Positions 49,356 through 58,620 of a stretch of DNA of 64,000 nt are shown piece after piece (position 1 is the stretch's first letter; each line of letters begins with the position of its first letter). Under the pieces are notes generated by a model, which ran no database searches, was not told the origin of the DNA, and saw only the letters and a program-made list of their open reading frames with translations. Made by a program: the position numbers and the translations under genes. Source of the DNA: a bacterium (lineage in GTDB: Bacteria; SZUA-182; DTGQ01); NCBI GenBank assembly GCA_040752695.1, contig JBFMGO010000012.1, positions 1 to 64,000 on the forward strand, given 5' to 3'.

Positions 49356-49871
49356 ATGAATACTGAGGTGATTTTGGTTATTGATATGGTTAAGGGGTTT
49401 TTCCAGGATAATTTTCCACTCTACTATGGGGATAAAGTGAGGGAGAGTATTCCCTCTGTAGTGGACTTCCTGAAAACGCATCCTGAATTTCCGATTATTT
49501 ACCCTTGTGACCATCATGCTGAAGACGACAAGGAGTTTCAGATGTTTCCTCCCCACTGTGTTGAAGGAACAGAAGAAACGGAGCTGATTGATGAGTTGAG
49601 GCCCTTTCCTGGTATTATCTTACCTAAAACCAGATTCAATGCTCTTTACCAAACCGGTCTTGAGGATATTTTACAGAAATTAGGGGTTGATACCGTAACG
49701 ATCATGGGGGTATGCACTGATACCTGCGTTTTTTTTACGGCAGCGGGCCTGCGGGATCGGGATTACACAGTCCGGGTGCCGGCTCATGGAGTGTCTTCCT
49801 TCAGCAGCCCTGAAGTTCAGCTTTTTGCTTTGAAGCAGATGGAAACCATATTGGGAGTGAAGATCATATAG
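49356..49871 (+). CDS. Cysteine hydrolase (isochorismatase/nicotinamidase family)
   Basis: VIDM, DHH, FPPHCVEGT and GVCTDTCV. Confidence 0.9.
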   Translation: MNTEVILVIDMVKGFFQDNFPLYYGDKVRESIPSVVDFLKTHPEFPIIYPCDHHAEDDKEFQMFPPHCVEGTEETELIDELRPFPGIILPKTRFNALYQTGLEDILQKLGVDTVTIMGVCTDTCVFFTAAGLRDRDYTVRVPAHGVSSFSSPEVQLFALKQMETILGVKII

Positions 49872-49957
49872 AGCGGCCCGCGGTAAGGAGCAGGGCCATC
49901 ACAATGCGTACCAGGGAACTTGCCCGGAGCATATCCCAAAAGAGGTTTTTATGGTAA

Positions 49958-49990
49958 AAATCCCCCCATCCCCCTTTGAAAAGAGGGGAG
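49958..49990 (+). repeat. REP-like C/G-rich palindromic element
   Basis: aaatccccccatccccctttgaaaagagggg; a related copy lies in reverse orientation at 62220-62248. Confidence 0.55.
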
Positions 49991-50048
49991 TGAGGTATTT
50001 TGGACTTTTACCTGAAGAAGCATACACCATCTGGGGACAAGGAGAAAA

Positions 50049-50294
50049 ATGGCTGAAAAGAATAGCCAGGAATGGATAGAAATATACACCACCACAAGTG
50101 AATACGAAGCGAACATTATCAAGGGACTCCTGGAGTCCGAAGGGGTTTTTTGTCTTTTGAAATCTTTCCGAGTAGCCCAATTCCCCTTTGATATCGGGCA
50201 TCTGGGGGAAGTTAAAATCATGGTCCCTCTGATCGAAATGGAAAAAGGAAAGCAGATACTCCGGGATCACCTCATGGATCAGAGGGAGAGCTGA
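50049..50294 (+). CDS. DUF2007-like small protein
   Basis: EANIIKGLLESEGV and GEVKIMVP; GGAG RBS. Confidence 0.8.
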   Translation: MAEKNSQEWIEIYTTTSEYEANIIKGLLESEGVFCLLKSFRVAQFPFDIGHLGEVKIMVPLIEMEKGKQILRDHLMDQRES

Positions 50295-51670
50295 GTCTTT
50301 TCTCCCCGTGACGTATCAGCCTTCTTCCCGGTCAGGAAGTCCTCTTCATCGAGAACCTGCCTAAAAAGAGGGGAGAGGAGATGGATGAAATATTTAATGA
50401 CCTGGTTTTTATTGAATTCACCAAGGTCACAAAGATGGCGGCAGGCTGCTGAGCCGAAAATCTCGCCCTTAAGCAGGTCATCTACGAAATTCTTGAAAGC
50501 CCTGATCGTATCGTCTGCCTTGAGGCCGGTGAGAGCATCAGAACAGCCACATACCTTATCGGCTGCGTAAGAACGCACTTTCATGGTCTGCTCTGCACTG
50601 AGCAGGCTCCTGACCTTATCCTCAATCACCTGCCGGCTGCACGTGGGTACCACGACAAAAGGGAACAGAGCCAGATATTCGAGCTTGGCGCCAAGCTGAA
50701 GGTTAATGCTGGCGATTGTCTGGACCGTGATGGATGAATCATCCTGTATCTGTTTTGAAATCAGGGAATAGAGATAGAGAGCCAGAAGATACCCTACCTG
50801 AAAATGAGGGTGCCGATCCAGCATCAAAGAGCGCAGCACTCCGCTGATGCCGATCAGTGATCGGGCAGCGGTTTTTTCCCCAATATCCAGGTCTTTCAAA
50901 TGAATACCTAAAAACTGACATTGCAAAGAGAGCATCTTCTCCATGATACTGCTGGAGGAAATATCGGTCCGGCTGCCGCTCGATCCATCTTCCCTGAGGA
51001 CATCACGGCTTTTGGCCAGTTGCTCAAAGAGAAAACCTTCCATATCTCCCAGACGAAAGTATTCCTTTGAAGATGCAATAATGCTCTCCTCAAGGGGAAA
51101 GGGATCGGGGAGATAGCTGGAAATTTCAGTATCAAAAATATCATATACCTTTTCGACAATGGGATTGTCTCCGATTTCCTGAAAAAAATTTTCACTCCTG
51201 ATATTGCCCTGAAAGTGTTCACTGGTAGTAAACGGGCATAAAAGGCCCACGCGCACGATAGGTCTCCCCTGAACCCGGCCGCAGACCTGGTAGGGGAAAA
51301 TTCTGCACTGAAGCGGCTTTTCGGCCCTTTCGTTTTCCTTCTCAATCTGGCAAAGGTATTGATGATTGAGGAAAAAACACTTTGGCTCATGATTAATGAG
51401 AAAGATGTATTTCCCCTGGTCTATGGCAAAATGAGAAAGTAAAGGGTTTTTTCGTTTCAGGTTGATCCATTCCGTGCCATGCATAACGGCGGTTCCATAC
51501 CCGCCCCGACAACAGGCGGCCTTGCAGGAGAAGCAATCATAGTTAAGCGCACCATCAAGAAGAGGGAAGAAGGGCTTTGGCGGTGTCATCATCGGAGTCA
51601 TCATAGGTCTACCTTTTACATTTTTCTCGTGTGAGCGTTTCATGTTCCGTTCTGGATTCTCAGGCTTCAT
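50279..51670 (-). CDS. YkgJ-family cysteine-cluster (CxxCxxxCC) protein with long helical C-terminus
   Basis: CFSCKAACC, CFFL...LCQI and KPLQCRIFPY. Confidence 0.8.
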   Translation of the reverse strand: MKPENPERNMKRSHEKNVKGRPMMTPMMTPPKPFFPLLDGALNYDCFSCKAACCRGGYGTAVMHGTEWINLKRKNPLLSHFAIDQGKYIFLINHEPKCFFLNHQYLCQIEKENERAEKPLQCRIFPYQVCGRVQGRPIVRVGLLCPFTTSEHFQGNIRSENFFQEIGDNPIVEKVYDIFDTEISSYLPDPFPLEESIIASSKEYFRLGDMEGFLFEQLAKSRDVLREDGSSGSRTDISSSSIMEKMLSLQCQFLGIHLKDLDIGEKTAARSLIGISGVLRSLMLDRHPHFQVGYLLALYLYSLISKQIQDDSSITVQTIASINLQLGAKLEYLALFPFVVVPTCSRQVIEDKVRSLLSAEQTMKVRSYAADKVCGCSDALTGLKADDTIRAFKNFVDDLLKGEIFGSAACRHLCDLGEFNKNQVIKYFIHLLSPLFRQVLDEEDFLTGKKADTSRGEKTQLSL

Positions 51671-51826
51671 TCAGGCTTTTCACATCTGTCTGGAATTTCT
51701 TATCTTCGCTTTTCAGACTTGGTTTTTGCTCCTTACCTATTTATTCGGCTTAGGGAGCCCTGCGGGAAGGAAAACTTTTTGAATGGGAATATAAAACCGG
51801 GCAGTTGGCGGTCTTTTTTCACTTTC

Positions 51827-51860
51827 GACCCTCTCCCTCGCCGGAAGAGGGAGAGGGGTC
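51827..51860. terminator. Hairpin downstream of the second GGLY gene (terminator or REP-like)
   Basis: gaccctctccctc ... gagggagaggggtc. Confidence 0.55.
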
Positions 51861-51926
51861 TAAAGTGTGTGGGTGGAGTTGGTTTTTTCCGTTAACCACG
51901 TGTCGGAATCTTATGAGCACATATGC

Positions 51927-52727
51927 TTAGATAACCGGAGTTGACAGAACCAGATTGATGGTTCCTGTCTCGACGACTGCACTGCTGCCGAGGTTGATGA
52001 GGGTATAGGTTCCACCCATCGTTGTCGTAGAGGTCAGGAGGCCATTGATATCGAGCTCAAAAGTCTGGCTGCCTATGCCGAGGCCGGTACCGGAAACGAG
52101 GACTTGTCCGTTCAATGAAGTCCCGACAACCGGAATCGAAATTCCCAGGGTATAATTCGTCAGCAGTTGGGCAGTTCCGGAAAGGGCCAGGGTCACAGGG
52201 TCTTCTACCAGGTTCAGGGTCATGGGGCCGGAATAGATATTATTGGACCACAGGCCTTGCCAGTAGCCAGCCTGTTCGGCAGCAGCAGGAGCTGCAGGAG
52301 AACTGAACAGACCGGGGAAAAGAGAGTTATACAATCCGGCCACTCCCAGCAGCGGAGCAAGCTGGAGGAATGGTACCTGATAGCTTAATCCTGTCCCCGT
52401 ATCGATAGGAAAGTACATATTCTGAAGCCCAAAGGGATTCATCGCGCCACCGTACATTCCGTACATTCCGTACATTCCATACATGCCGCCATACATGCCG
52501 CCATAGAGGCCACCATATAATCCCATGCCGTATAATCCCATCATACTACCGTAAAGGCCGCCATAAAGGCCACCACCGTAGAGGCCGCTGTAACCGCCAT
52601 AGAGGCCGCCATACAATCCCATGCCGTACAGCCCGCCATAATACGCATTTGCCGTTCCATAGGATAAAGTAAAAGTAAGCAGACACAGAAAGCTTATGAT
52701 TAAGGTTTTTCCTTTTGAAAGTTGCAT
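51927..52727 (-). CDS. Secreted GGLY/GMY-repeat protein, paralog of 29620-30489
   Basis: Signal peptide ending ANA; YGGL/YGM tract; C-terminal domain alignable by eye with the paralog. Confidence 0.85.
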   Translation of the reverse strand: MQLSKGKTLIISFLCLLTFTLSYGTANAYYGGLYGMGLYGGLYGGYSGLYGGGLYGGLYGSMMGLYGMGLYGGLYGGMYGGMYGMYGMYGMYGGAMNPFGLQNMYFPIDTGTGLSYQVPFLQLAPLLGVAGLYNSLFPGLFSSPAAPAAAEQAGYWQGLWSNNIYSGPMTLNLVEDPVTLALSGTAQLLTNYTLGISIPVVGTSLNGQVLVSGTGLGIGSQTFELDINGLLTSTTTMGGTYTLINLGSSAVVETGTINLVLSTPVI

Positions 52728-53550
52728 GATTCTCTTTCCTCTTCCCCCCGAAGATTGTTTTGGCTTATTGAGCTCGCAAAAGAATAATAAAAAACTGCCT
52801 CTTTAAATGTATTGTCTCACCTCCCAACCCTGTCTTTATGAGCAATGCTCCTTCTAAGAGTGCAAAAACAGCCGTTTTACATCAGCCGTCCAGATTGAAA
52901 TAAGCAAAGAAGCCAATCCAATGATCGTGGTAGAAGAAGCCAGTCCGAAAACGGATCGAGGGAATGTGACCTTGGAAAAAATTGCATCGCCGGTGGTAAA
53001 ATTTTTCAGCCCGAAGGGGAACGCCATTTTTTTGAAGAACATAAGGAGAGGGAGAAGAACATAAGAAGAGGGGAAGGAGAAGTGAAAAAGGAGAAGTGAA
53101 AAGGGAATGCCAGCAGCCGAAGGTAAGCTGTTTTTGTCCTCTTGGTAATACCTCATATACCTTGAAGATGTAGTATGATAAGGCGGTTTATTCTTTATTC
53201 TCCCATAATTATTCCCCTCGATTATGTCAATTCATACGTGCCAATTCACATAAGGGAACTGGATTTTTACTTCCTCTGCCGGGGTTGAAGCAATTTTCGT
53301 GCTGAAGGAGGTGAAAATATTCTTTTGCCCGAAGAAAAATCCTAACCTCTTGTTTTAAAGTTTGTTACTGTGATGCAGCAAGATGAACTCACCGCAGTTG
53401 GACCCCACCCTGGAGGTGAGCCTCCATACATTCTATGAGGTTATCCATATCTTGTATGGAGACCGCATCGCCAGTGATAAAGATGACGCCCGCTGCTTTT
53501 TTCATCATATAAGCAGTTGAGATGCTAACCAATTATAATCCCTGTTAAAA

Positions 53551-53579
53551 TTGACTGTACTTGCGGTTTCATCTATAAT
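53551..53579 (+). promoter_or_regulatory. sigma70-type promoter
   Basis: TTGACT-N17-TATAAT. Confidence 0.72.
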
Positions 53580-53610
53580 GGAGTCTACTTTTGGAAAGGA
53601 GCAAAATTTT

Positions 53611-54627
53611 ATGGAGCTAAAGCATGTAAGTAAGTTATGGGAGAAAGGTGTTCGTTTTCTGGGGACAAAATACGCTATCCTTTGTGGGGCTATGACCTGG
53701 GTCAGTGAGCCTCATCTCGTCTCGGCGGTTTCGAATAACGGCGGTTTTGGAGTTCTGGCCGGTGGCAATATGCAGGTAGATATGCTCGGTAATCAAATCG
53801 AGACTACGCGAAATCTTACCCGAAAACCCTTTGGGGTAAATCTGATTACCATTGCCCCTAATTTCGAGAAGCACGTGGATCTGGTTGCTCAGGAGAGATT
53901 AAGCCACGTCATCTTTGCCGGAGCTATCCCTCCGGACAGGGCCATTGCTCAGGTTAAGGAGAGCGGAAGCAAGGTCATCTGCTTTGCCAGCACTCTGGCA
54001 CTGGCCAAGAAGATGATCAAGGGAGGGGCTGATGCCCTGATCCTCGAGGGAAACGAGGCAGGAGGGCATATCGGTCCCGTCTCCACTACCGTCCTGGCTC
54101 AGGAAATCCTGCTGCACGTCCGGGAAGTGCCGGTGTTTGTCGCGGGTGGCATCGGTACCGGGGAAATGATTGCCCAATACCTTCTGATGGGGGCCTCAGG
54201 ATGCCAGTTGGGTACCCGCTTCGCTGTGGCCGAGGAGTCCGTTGCTCATCCTGAGTTTAAGAAAAAGCTGATTCACTCCAGTGCCCGCGATGCTCAGCAG
54301 ACCTACCAGTTTGACCCCTTTCTCCCTGTTGTCCCTGTGCGCGCCATTGTCAACAGCGCAACCAAAAGGTTTAACCAGCTTCAACTCAACCTCTTGAAAG
54401 AACTGGAAGAGGGGCAGATTGACCGAAAATCGGCTCAGATGAAGCTGGAGGAATTCTGGATTGGAGCCCTTAGAAGCGCCGTGATCGATGGGGATGTGGA
54501 GAATGGATCGGTCATGGCCGGCCAGAGTGTGGCCTTTGTTAAAAAAGTGCAGTCAGTTCAGGAGATTATCCAGGAACTGGTCGATGATGCGGAAGATAAA
54601 CTGGCTTCGCTGTATGAAGGAACTTAA
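53611..54627 (+). CDS. FabK-like enoyl-ACP reductase / nitronate monooxygenase family flavoprotein
   Basis: GAMTWVS, PFGVNL, EGNEAGGHIG, VAGGIG and MAGQSV. Start moved to ATG 53611, downstream of the promoter. Confidence 0.88.
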   Translation: MELKHVSKLWEKGVRFLGTKYAILCGAMTWVSEPHLVSAVSNNGGFGVLAGGNMQVDMLGNQIETTRNLTRKPFGVNLITIAPNFEKHVDLVAQERLSHVIFAGAIPPDRAIAQVKESGSKVICFASTLALAKKMIKGGADALILEGNEAGGHIGPVSTTVLAQEILLHVREVPVFVAGGIGTGEMIAQYLLMGASGCQLGTRFAVAEESVAHPEFKKKLIHSSARDAQQTYQFDPFLPVVPVRAIVNSATKRFNQLQLNLLKELEEGQIDRKSAQMKLEEFWIGALRSAVIDGDVENGSVMAGQSVAFVKKVQSVQEIIQELVDDAEDKLASLYEGT

Positions 54628-55062
54628 AAAGTAAATTGCCTCCGCTGCACGGATGAGCGGAAAAAAACCAAACTGGTTTCACTGCATGGATTAAATGGGC
54701 GAAAGAGGAAAAAGGGAGGGGAGAATCTACCCCCCCCCTCGTTTTTTCCTTTGCCGCAGCTTCATCCTTCCCTCTTTTTCCTTAAAAAGATTCTCCAGAT
54801 TTCCTCCTTTCCGCACCCGGGGCTTACGTGATACCCTTTTGTGCTTTCCTTCCCTGAAATCGGATTTTTATTTCTTCCCTTGTATTCCTGCCATATATGT
54901 ATTCCTGCCACATATTCACTTTCGGTTATATTCTTTTAATAACTTTATCTGTATATATTTTTTTCTAATTCTTCTTTTCATTATAATTTAAAGAGATAAT
55001 GAATGTATAATCGTTCAGATAATCATTATTTAATCTTATCTCAACTTTTTTTTATATATATT

Positions 55063-55091
55063 TTGACTATTAGATGGATTGATGGTATAAT
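55063..55091 (+). promoter_or_regulatory. Strong sigma70-type promoter with extended -10
   Basis: TTGACT-N17-TATAAT with TG upstream of the -10, in a very AT-rich tract. Confidence 0.62.
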
Positions 55092-55284
55092 AATATTCAT
55101 AAAAGCTTATATTATGGATTTAAAACCAAAATATTAAATTTTATAAATGATAAAGATAAGTGTATGGATTATCATAGTAGTTCTCTCTGGAAATCGCGCT
55201 CACTAGATGGTCAGTTGGTTTTACTGACTTTTATTACCCTGTTAGCATTTGATTTATTACCCAGTTACCCAATTACCCAATATT

Positions 55285-55551
55285 TTTTGTCTCTCCTGAG
55301 CGAAGTGAAGGGTTTTATAATTTCTCAGCCGCAAGATTCTGCAATTACCTTCGCTTCGCTCAAGGGAGCAAAGCTCATCAGGATATCCCGTTATGACAGG
55401 GGAAGTTTGACTGATTATCCAATGGTTTTTGTCTCCTCTGAGCAAAGTGAAGGGTTTTATAATTTCTCAAGCACATGATTCCGCAATTACCTTCGCTTTG
55501 CTCAGGGGCAAAACTCATCAGGGTGTCCCTTTATAACAGGGGAAGTTTGAC
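55285..55551 (+). repeat. Two ~140-bp tandem copies of a palindromic structured element
   Basis: Copies at about 55285-55411 and 55426-55551; arms ctgagcRaagtgaagg / ccttcgcttYgctca. Confidence 0.9.
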
Positions 55552-55674
55552 AGCATACTGAACGCGCATTGGAGTGAATGTCTATCCGAAAAAATCCTGG
55601 AAGGCGGTCTGACCAGTAGAGTCATTTTCACTTTTTGGATAGGCGATCATCAGGTTATGAAAGGAAAATAAATC

Positions 55675-57045
55675 ATGCGAAAGGTTATCATCGTAATGCT
55701 GTGCTTGTCTTTATGGCTATGCCTGGTCGTATGGCTTTATGGATGTAATGAAGGAAAAGGTGAGAACAGGGTTGAGAGCAGTAATACTGAAAAAAATACT
55801 TCTGATGAAGACAATACACTCCCTGTAGCCAATATCCTGAGCCCTACCTATTTGACAACCTACGTCGAAGGCGATCTCATTATTTTCAACGGGACCGGTT
55901 ATGATACGGAGGATGGAGAATTAACGGGTGATTCGCTGCAATGGACAGCTCGTTTCAAGGGAGTTGGCACTGATCCGGAAGATGGGAGATTAGCGGGCAA
56001 TGCATTACGATGGATATCGGACGGCCCTATAGGGACCGGCGGGGCTTTTGTCTGTTCATTGCCCCTCGGAGTTCATACCATTACCTTGACAACAGTGGAC
56101 AGTAAAGGCGCTACATGCACCAAATCGACAATAATAATGGTTATTCCCAAAGAGTTACCGCAAACTCAAAATGCCCTTGTAGAGGTGCATGGCTATATAA
56201 GAGAATCCATAGATTATGAAGGGTGCATCAAACTGCTCGGCGAATTGAAAAATACCGGCGATGTGCCTGCAACTTTTTGTAAGATAAAATTTATTTTCAG
56301 AGACGATGTCTCTGAGGGGCCTATCGGATCGTCATATACGTATGTGGAAGGAACAAATAAAACGATAACCGCAATAAATTCTGAAAGCAATACGGTTCTG
56401 GACCCTGATGATGTCGGTGCGTTTATGGTGTTTACAGATATCCTTTACAAAGAAGACATTTATTATGAATATGAGATAGAATGGAGGGAGGACGAAACAT
56501 CTTCTCCCGATGCCAGTTTAATCGTGGACGGTCCAATATCAAACTCTGTCGTCAGCGCAGACGGTTACCTGGATTACCTGGAGTTGTCAGGAAAAGTAAA
56601 AAATACGGGAACCCAGACAGCCATACTGGGTACGATAACGTTTATCTTAAGGGATTCAAGCGGCGATGTTATCGAAATAGCACCTCTTAACACTATTAAA
56701 GGAGAAACTATTCCTCTGCCCGATGAGAGTATCTCTACGGATACCGCAGTAGTGCCCGGCGGTACAGGGACTTTTACAACATGGCCAATCATGTTTGGGG
56801 TATCCAGCTATGATTACAAGATAAAATGGTTTGACTATCATGAAACGGCCTCATCTCAAAGAACGAGAAGTCTCTCTTCTGATTTTATCGATCTTGATCA
56901 GAATGATCCAAAATTTTTATGGAAGCAGAAAGACGAAGAGACTGATACATTGAGAGAAGAAATGCACTGGACAGAGGGTACTTCCGGCAACTGCAGCAAG
57001 CGTTTAGGTTTTTCAAGAGCAAAAGTTTCTCGGAACGACAAATGA
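55675..57045 (+). CDS. Lipoprotein with PKD-like region and two FxLYD-like Ig domains
   Basis: Lipobox LYGC; duplicated GxDxEDGxLxGxxLxW; GELKNTG and SGKVKNTG...FILRDSSG repeats. Confidence 0.75.
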   Translation: MRKVIIVMLCLSLWLCLVVWLYGCNEGKGENRVESSNTEKNTSDEDNTLPVANILSPTYLTTYVEGDLIIFNGTGYDTEDGELTGDSLQWTARFKGVGTDPEDGRLAGNALRWISDGPIGTGGAFVCSLPLGVHTITLTTVDSKGATCTKSTIIMVIPKELPQTQNALVEVHGYIRESIDYEGCIKLLGELKNTGDVPATFCKIKFIFRDDVSEGPIGSSYTYVEGTNKTITAINSESNTVLDPDDVGAFMVFTDILYKEDIYYEYEIEWREDETSSPDASLIVDGPISNSVVSADGYLDYLELSGKVKNTGTQTAILGTITFILRDSSGDVIEIAPLNTIKGETIPLPDESISTDTAVVPGGTGTFTTWPIMFGVSSYDYKIKWFDYHETASSQRTRSLSSDFIDLDQNDPKFLWKQKDEETDTLREEMHWTEGTSGNCSKRLGFSRAKVSRNDK

Positions 57046-57076
57046 AAGCTCCCATTACTTCACCCTCAGGGAGAGT

Positions 57077-57109
57077 GGCCAGCCCCCCGCATCTAGGGGC
57101 TGGCCTTTT
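57077..57109 (+). terminator. Intrinsic terminator after the lipoprotein gene
   Basis: ggccagcccc ... ggggctggcc followed by tttt. Confidence 0.75.
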
Positions 57110-57163
57110 ATTAGGGAGAGAAGGAAATTAGGGGTGACGGACGGAAAGTTCAACTACTCGATT

Positions 57164-57670
57164 TTATCCCTCAGGATTAAAAAGGATTAACCCTTTGGAA
57201 AATCGATTATTTTCATCGATTATTGCCTGAATATGCATCGCTACTTTAATTTTTTTGCCGTTTTTCCCGCAAATCTGGCTTTTCAGCTTACTTTGAGAAT
57301 TTTTTTTCAAGGGAGGGGGAAGCAAAAGGCCGGTCCCCTGACAATCTGCATAAGAAAGCAACTCGAAACAATCGGCGTGTAAAAGCTCTTCTCTGGTATA
57401 ACCCGTAATGAGCTCTGCTGCCGGATTGGCGTATCCGATAGAGTGGTCCCTGTTGATGATCAGCAATCCGCTGGTGATATTTTCATACAGGGCCAGACTT
57501 ACCTTTTTTTCCCGTAAGAGCTCCTGCTCGCTTTGCTTAAGCTTATATTTCAGATCCTTACTATTTTTTTCCAGCCTTTTTTTTATATCCCACAGGTCCT
57601 TGTTTGTTCGGATCATAGTTTGCATCAATCTTTTCTGCTTACGCGCCTTGCCGATTCTTTCAGTTTGCAT
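57164..57670 (-). CDS. Stand-alone coiled-coil + PAS domain protein
   Basis: YENITSGLLII...YANPAAELITGYTREEL; no output domain. Confidence 0.85.
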   Translation of the reverse strand: MQTERIGKARKQKRLMQTMIRTNKDLWDIKKRLEKNSKDLKYKLKQSEQELLREKKVSLALYENITSGLLIINRDHSIGYANPAAELITGYTREELLHADCFELLSYADCQGTGLLLPPPLKKNSQSKLKSQICGKNGKKIKVAMHIQAIIDENNRFSKGLILFNPEG

Positions 57671-57892
57671 GATAGATACCTCTCTCTCTCTTGTAATTTT
57701 GGAAGATTATTCCCCTTTAAAAAGATCATTTCTCTTGATAAGATAGTTCTCTTCTTGAAACAGAAACGGTACATACGTTCGGTAAGCACGGTCATTATCG
57801 AGAAAACTCTTTAAAAAGACCGGAATCCCTTCGATACGTTTTGGTATGGTCGAAGGTGCTCTTTTGAATTTATCGAGAACAACTAATTAAAT

Positions 57893-57908
57893 TGCAAATT
57901 GAATGCCA
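57893..57908 (-). promoter_or_regulatory. sigma54 promoter of the PAS protein gene
   Basis: Minus strand TGGCAT-TCAAT-TTGCA. Confidence 0.7.
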
Positions 57909-58620
57909 GCGTTTAAGTTATTGATTCTTTGTAATTAATAACAAGAAAAGAATAGATCGGGCGACAATTTTGTCGATCCGGTCAATCCCTCACGGCAAGG
58001 GAGGTAATCTCAATATCGTGTTATTTTAATAACTTGTGCTGAAAGCAGGTGAGATTTTCTTCTTCGACAAATATGTAGGGAAAAGGCCCTTCCGATTGTG
58101 AGGCGAAGTGATTCCAAGAGCCTTCCTCATGTAACAGAGCATCATTCACGAAAGAGCAAGGGAGCGCGGAGAGCCGCCGCGCTCCCTTATGCTGAAGGAG
58201 ATATAAGAGATAAAAAGATTTGGTGCCGCAGCCGCTCCTTTCGCGATTGTTCCTGATCACGTATCTCTATCTCTGTAAGCAGACGTATGGAATATAATTC
58301 CCGGGATCAGTAAAAAGCGGCTACACTCCAACCGCATGGGTAAAGAGGCAAATCTTGTACCAGCCGTATCGATGGTACTAACTCTCTGGTAAGATTGAAA
58401 TTTATAGAAATAAGGGCTATAACTTTTATAGGGTTGATACCATAATCCTTATGGGTCAAGTCGATGGTTCTTATCAACATAAGTGAAACAGGTTACAATT
58501 TCTCTTAAACGCTTAAGAGGGAAATGAGCCGATAGATGAAATAATTCAGCGTAAGAAGGGTGTAAAATTAGCTACATTTAGGCAGCCTTAAAAAGGCTGC
58601 GAAAGAAAAGACGGGAACGT

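Noticed and set aside
52854..53156. 100-aa ORF upstream of the second GGLY gene
   Set aside because: No recognisable motif and composition driven by purine/pyrimidine tracts; cannot be supported.
53226..53244. sigma54 promoter for the second GGLY gene
   Set aside because: TGGCAC is present on the minus strand but no TTGC follows at the required spacing.
54880..55160. Replication origin in the very AT-rich tract
   Set aside because: No clustered DnaA boxes (TTATCCACA) seen and no dnaA/dnaN context; better explained as a promoter region.
55164..55478. 104-aa ORF across the tandem repeats
   Set aside because: Runs through palindromic repeat DNA with no protein features.
55285..55551. CRISPR array or tandem glycine riboswitch
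   Set aside because: Only two long near-identical units with no unique spacers or cas genes; the GGAGA...CCGAAG glycine aptamer core is missing.
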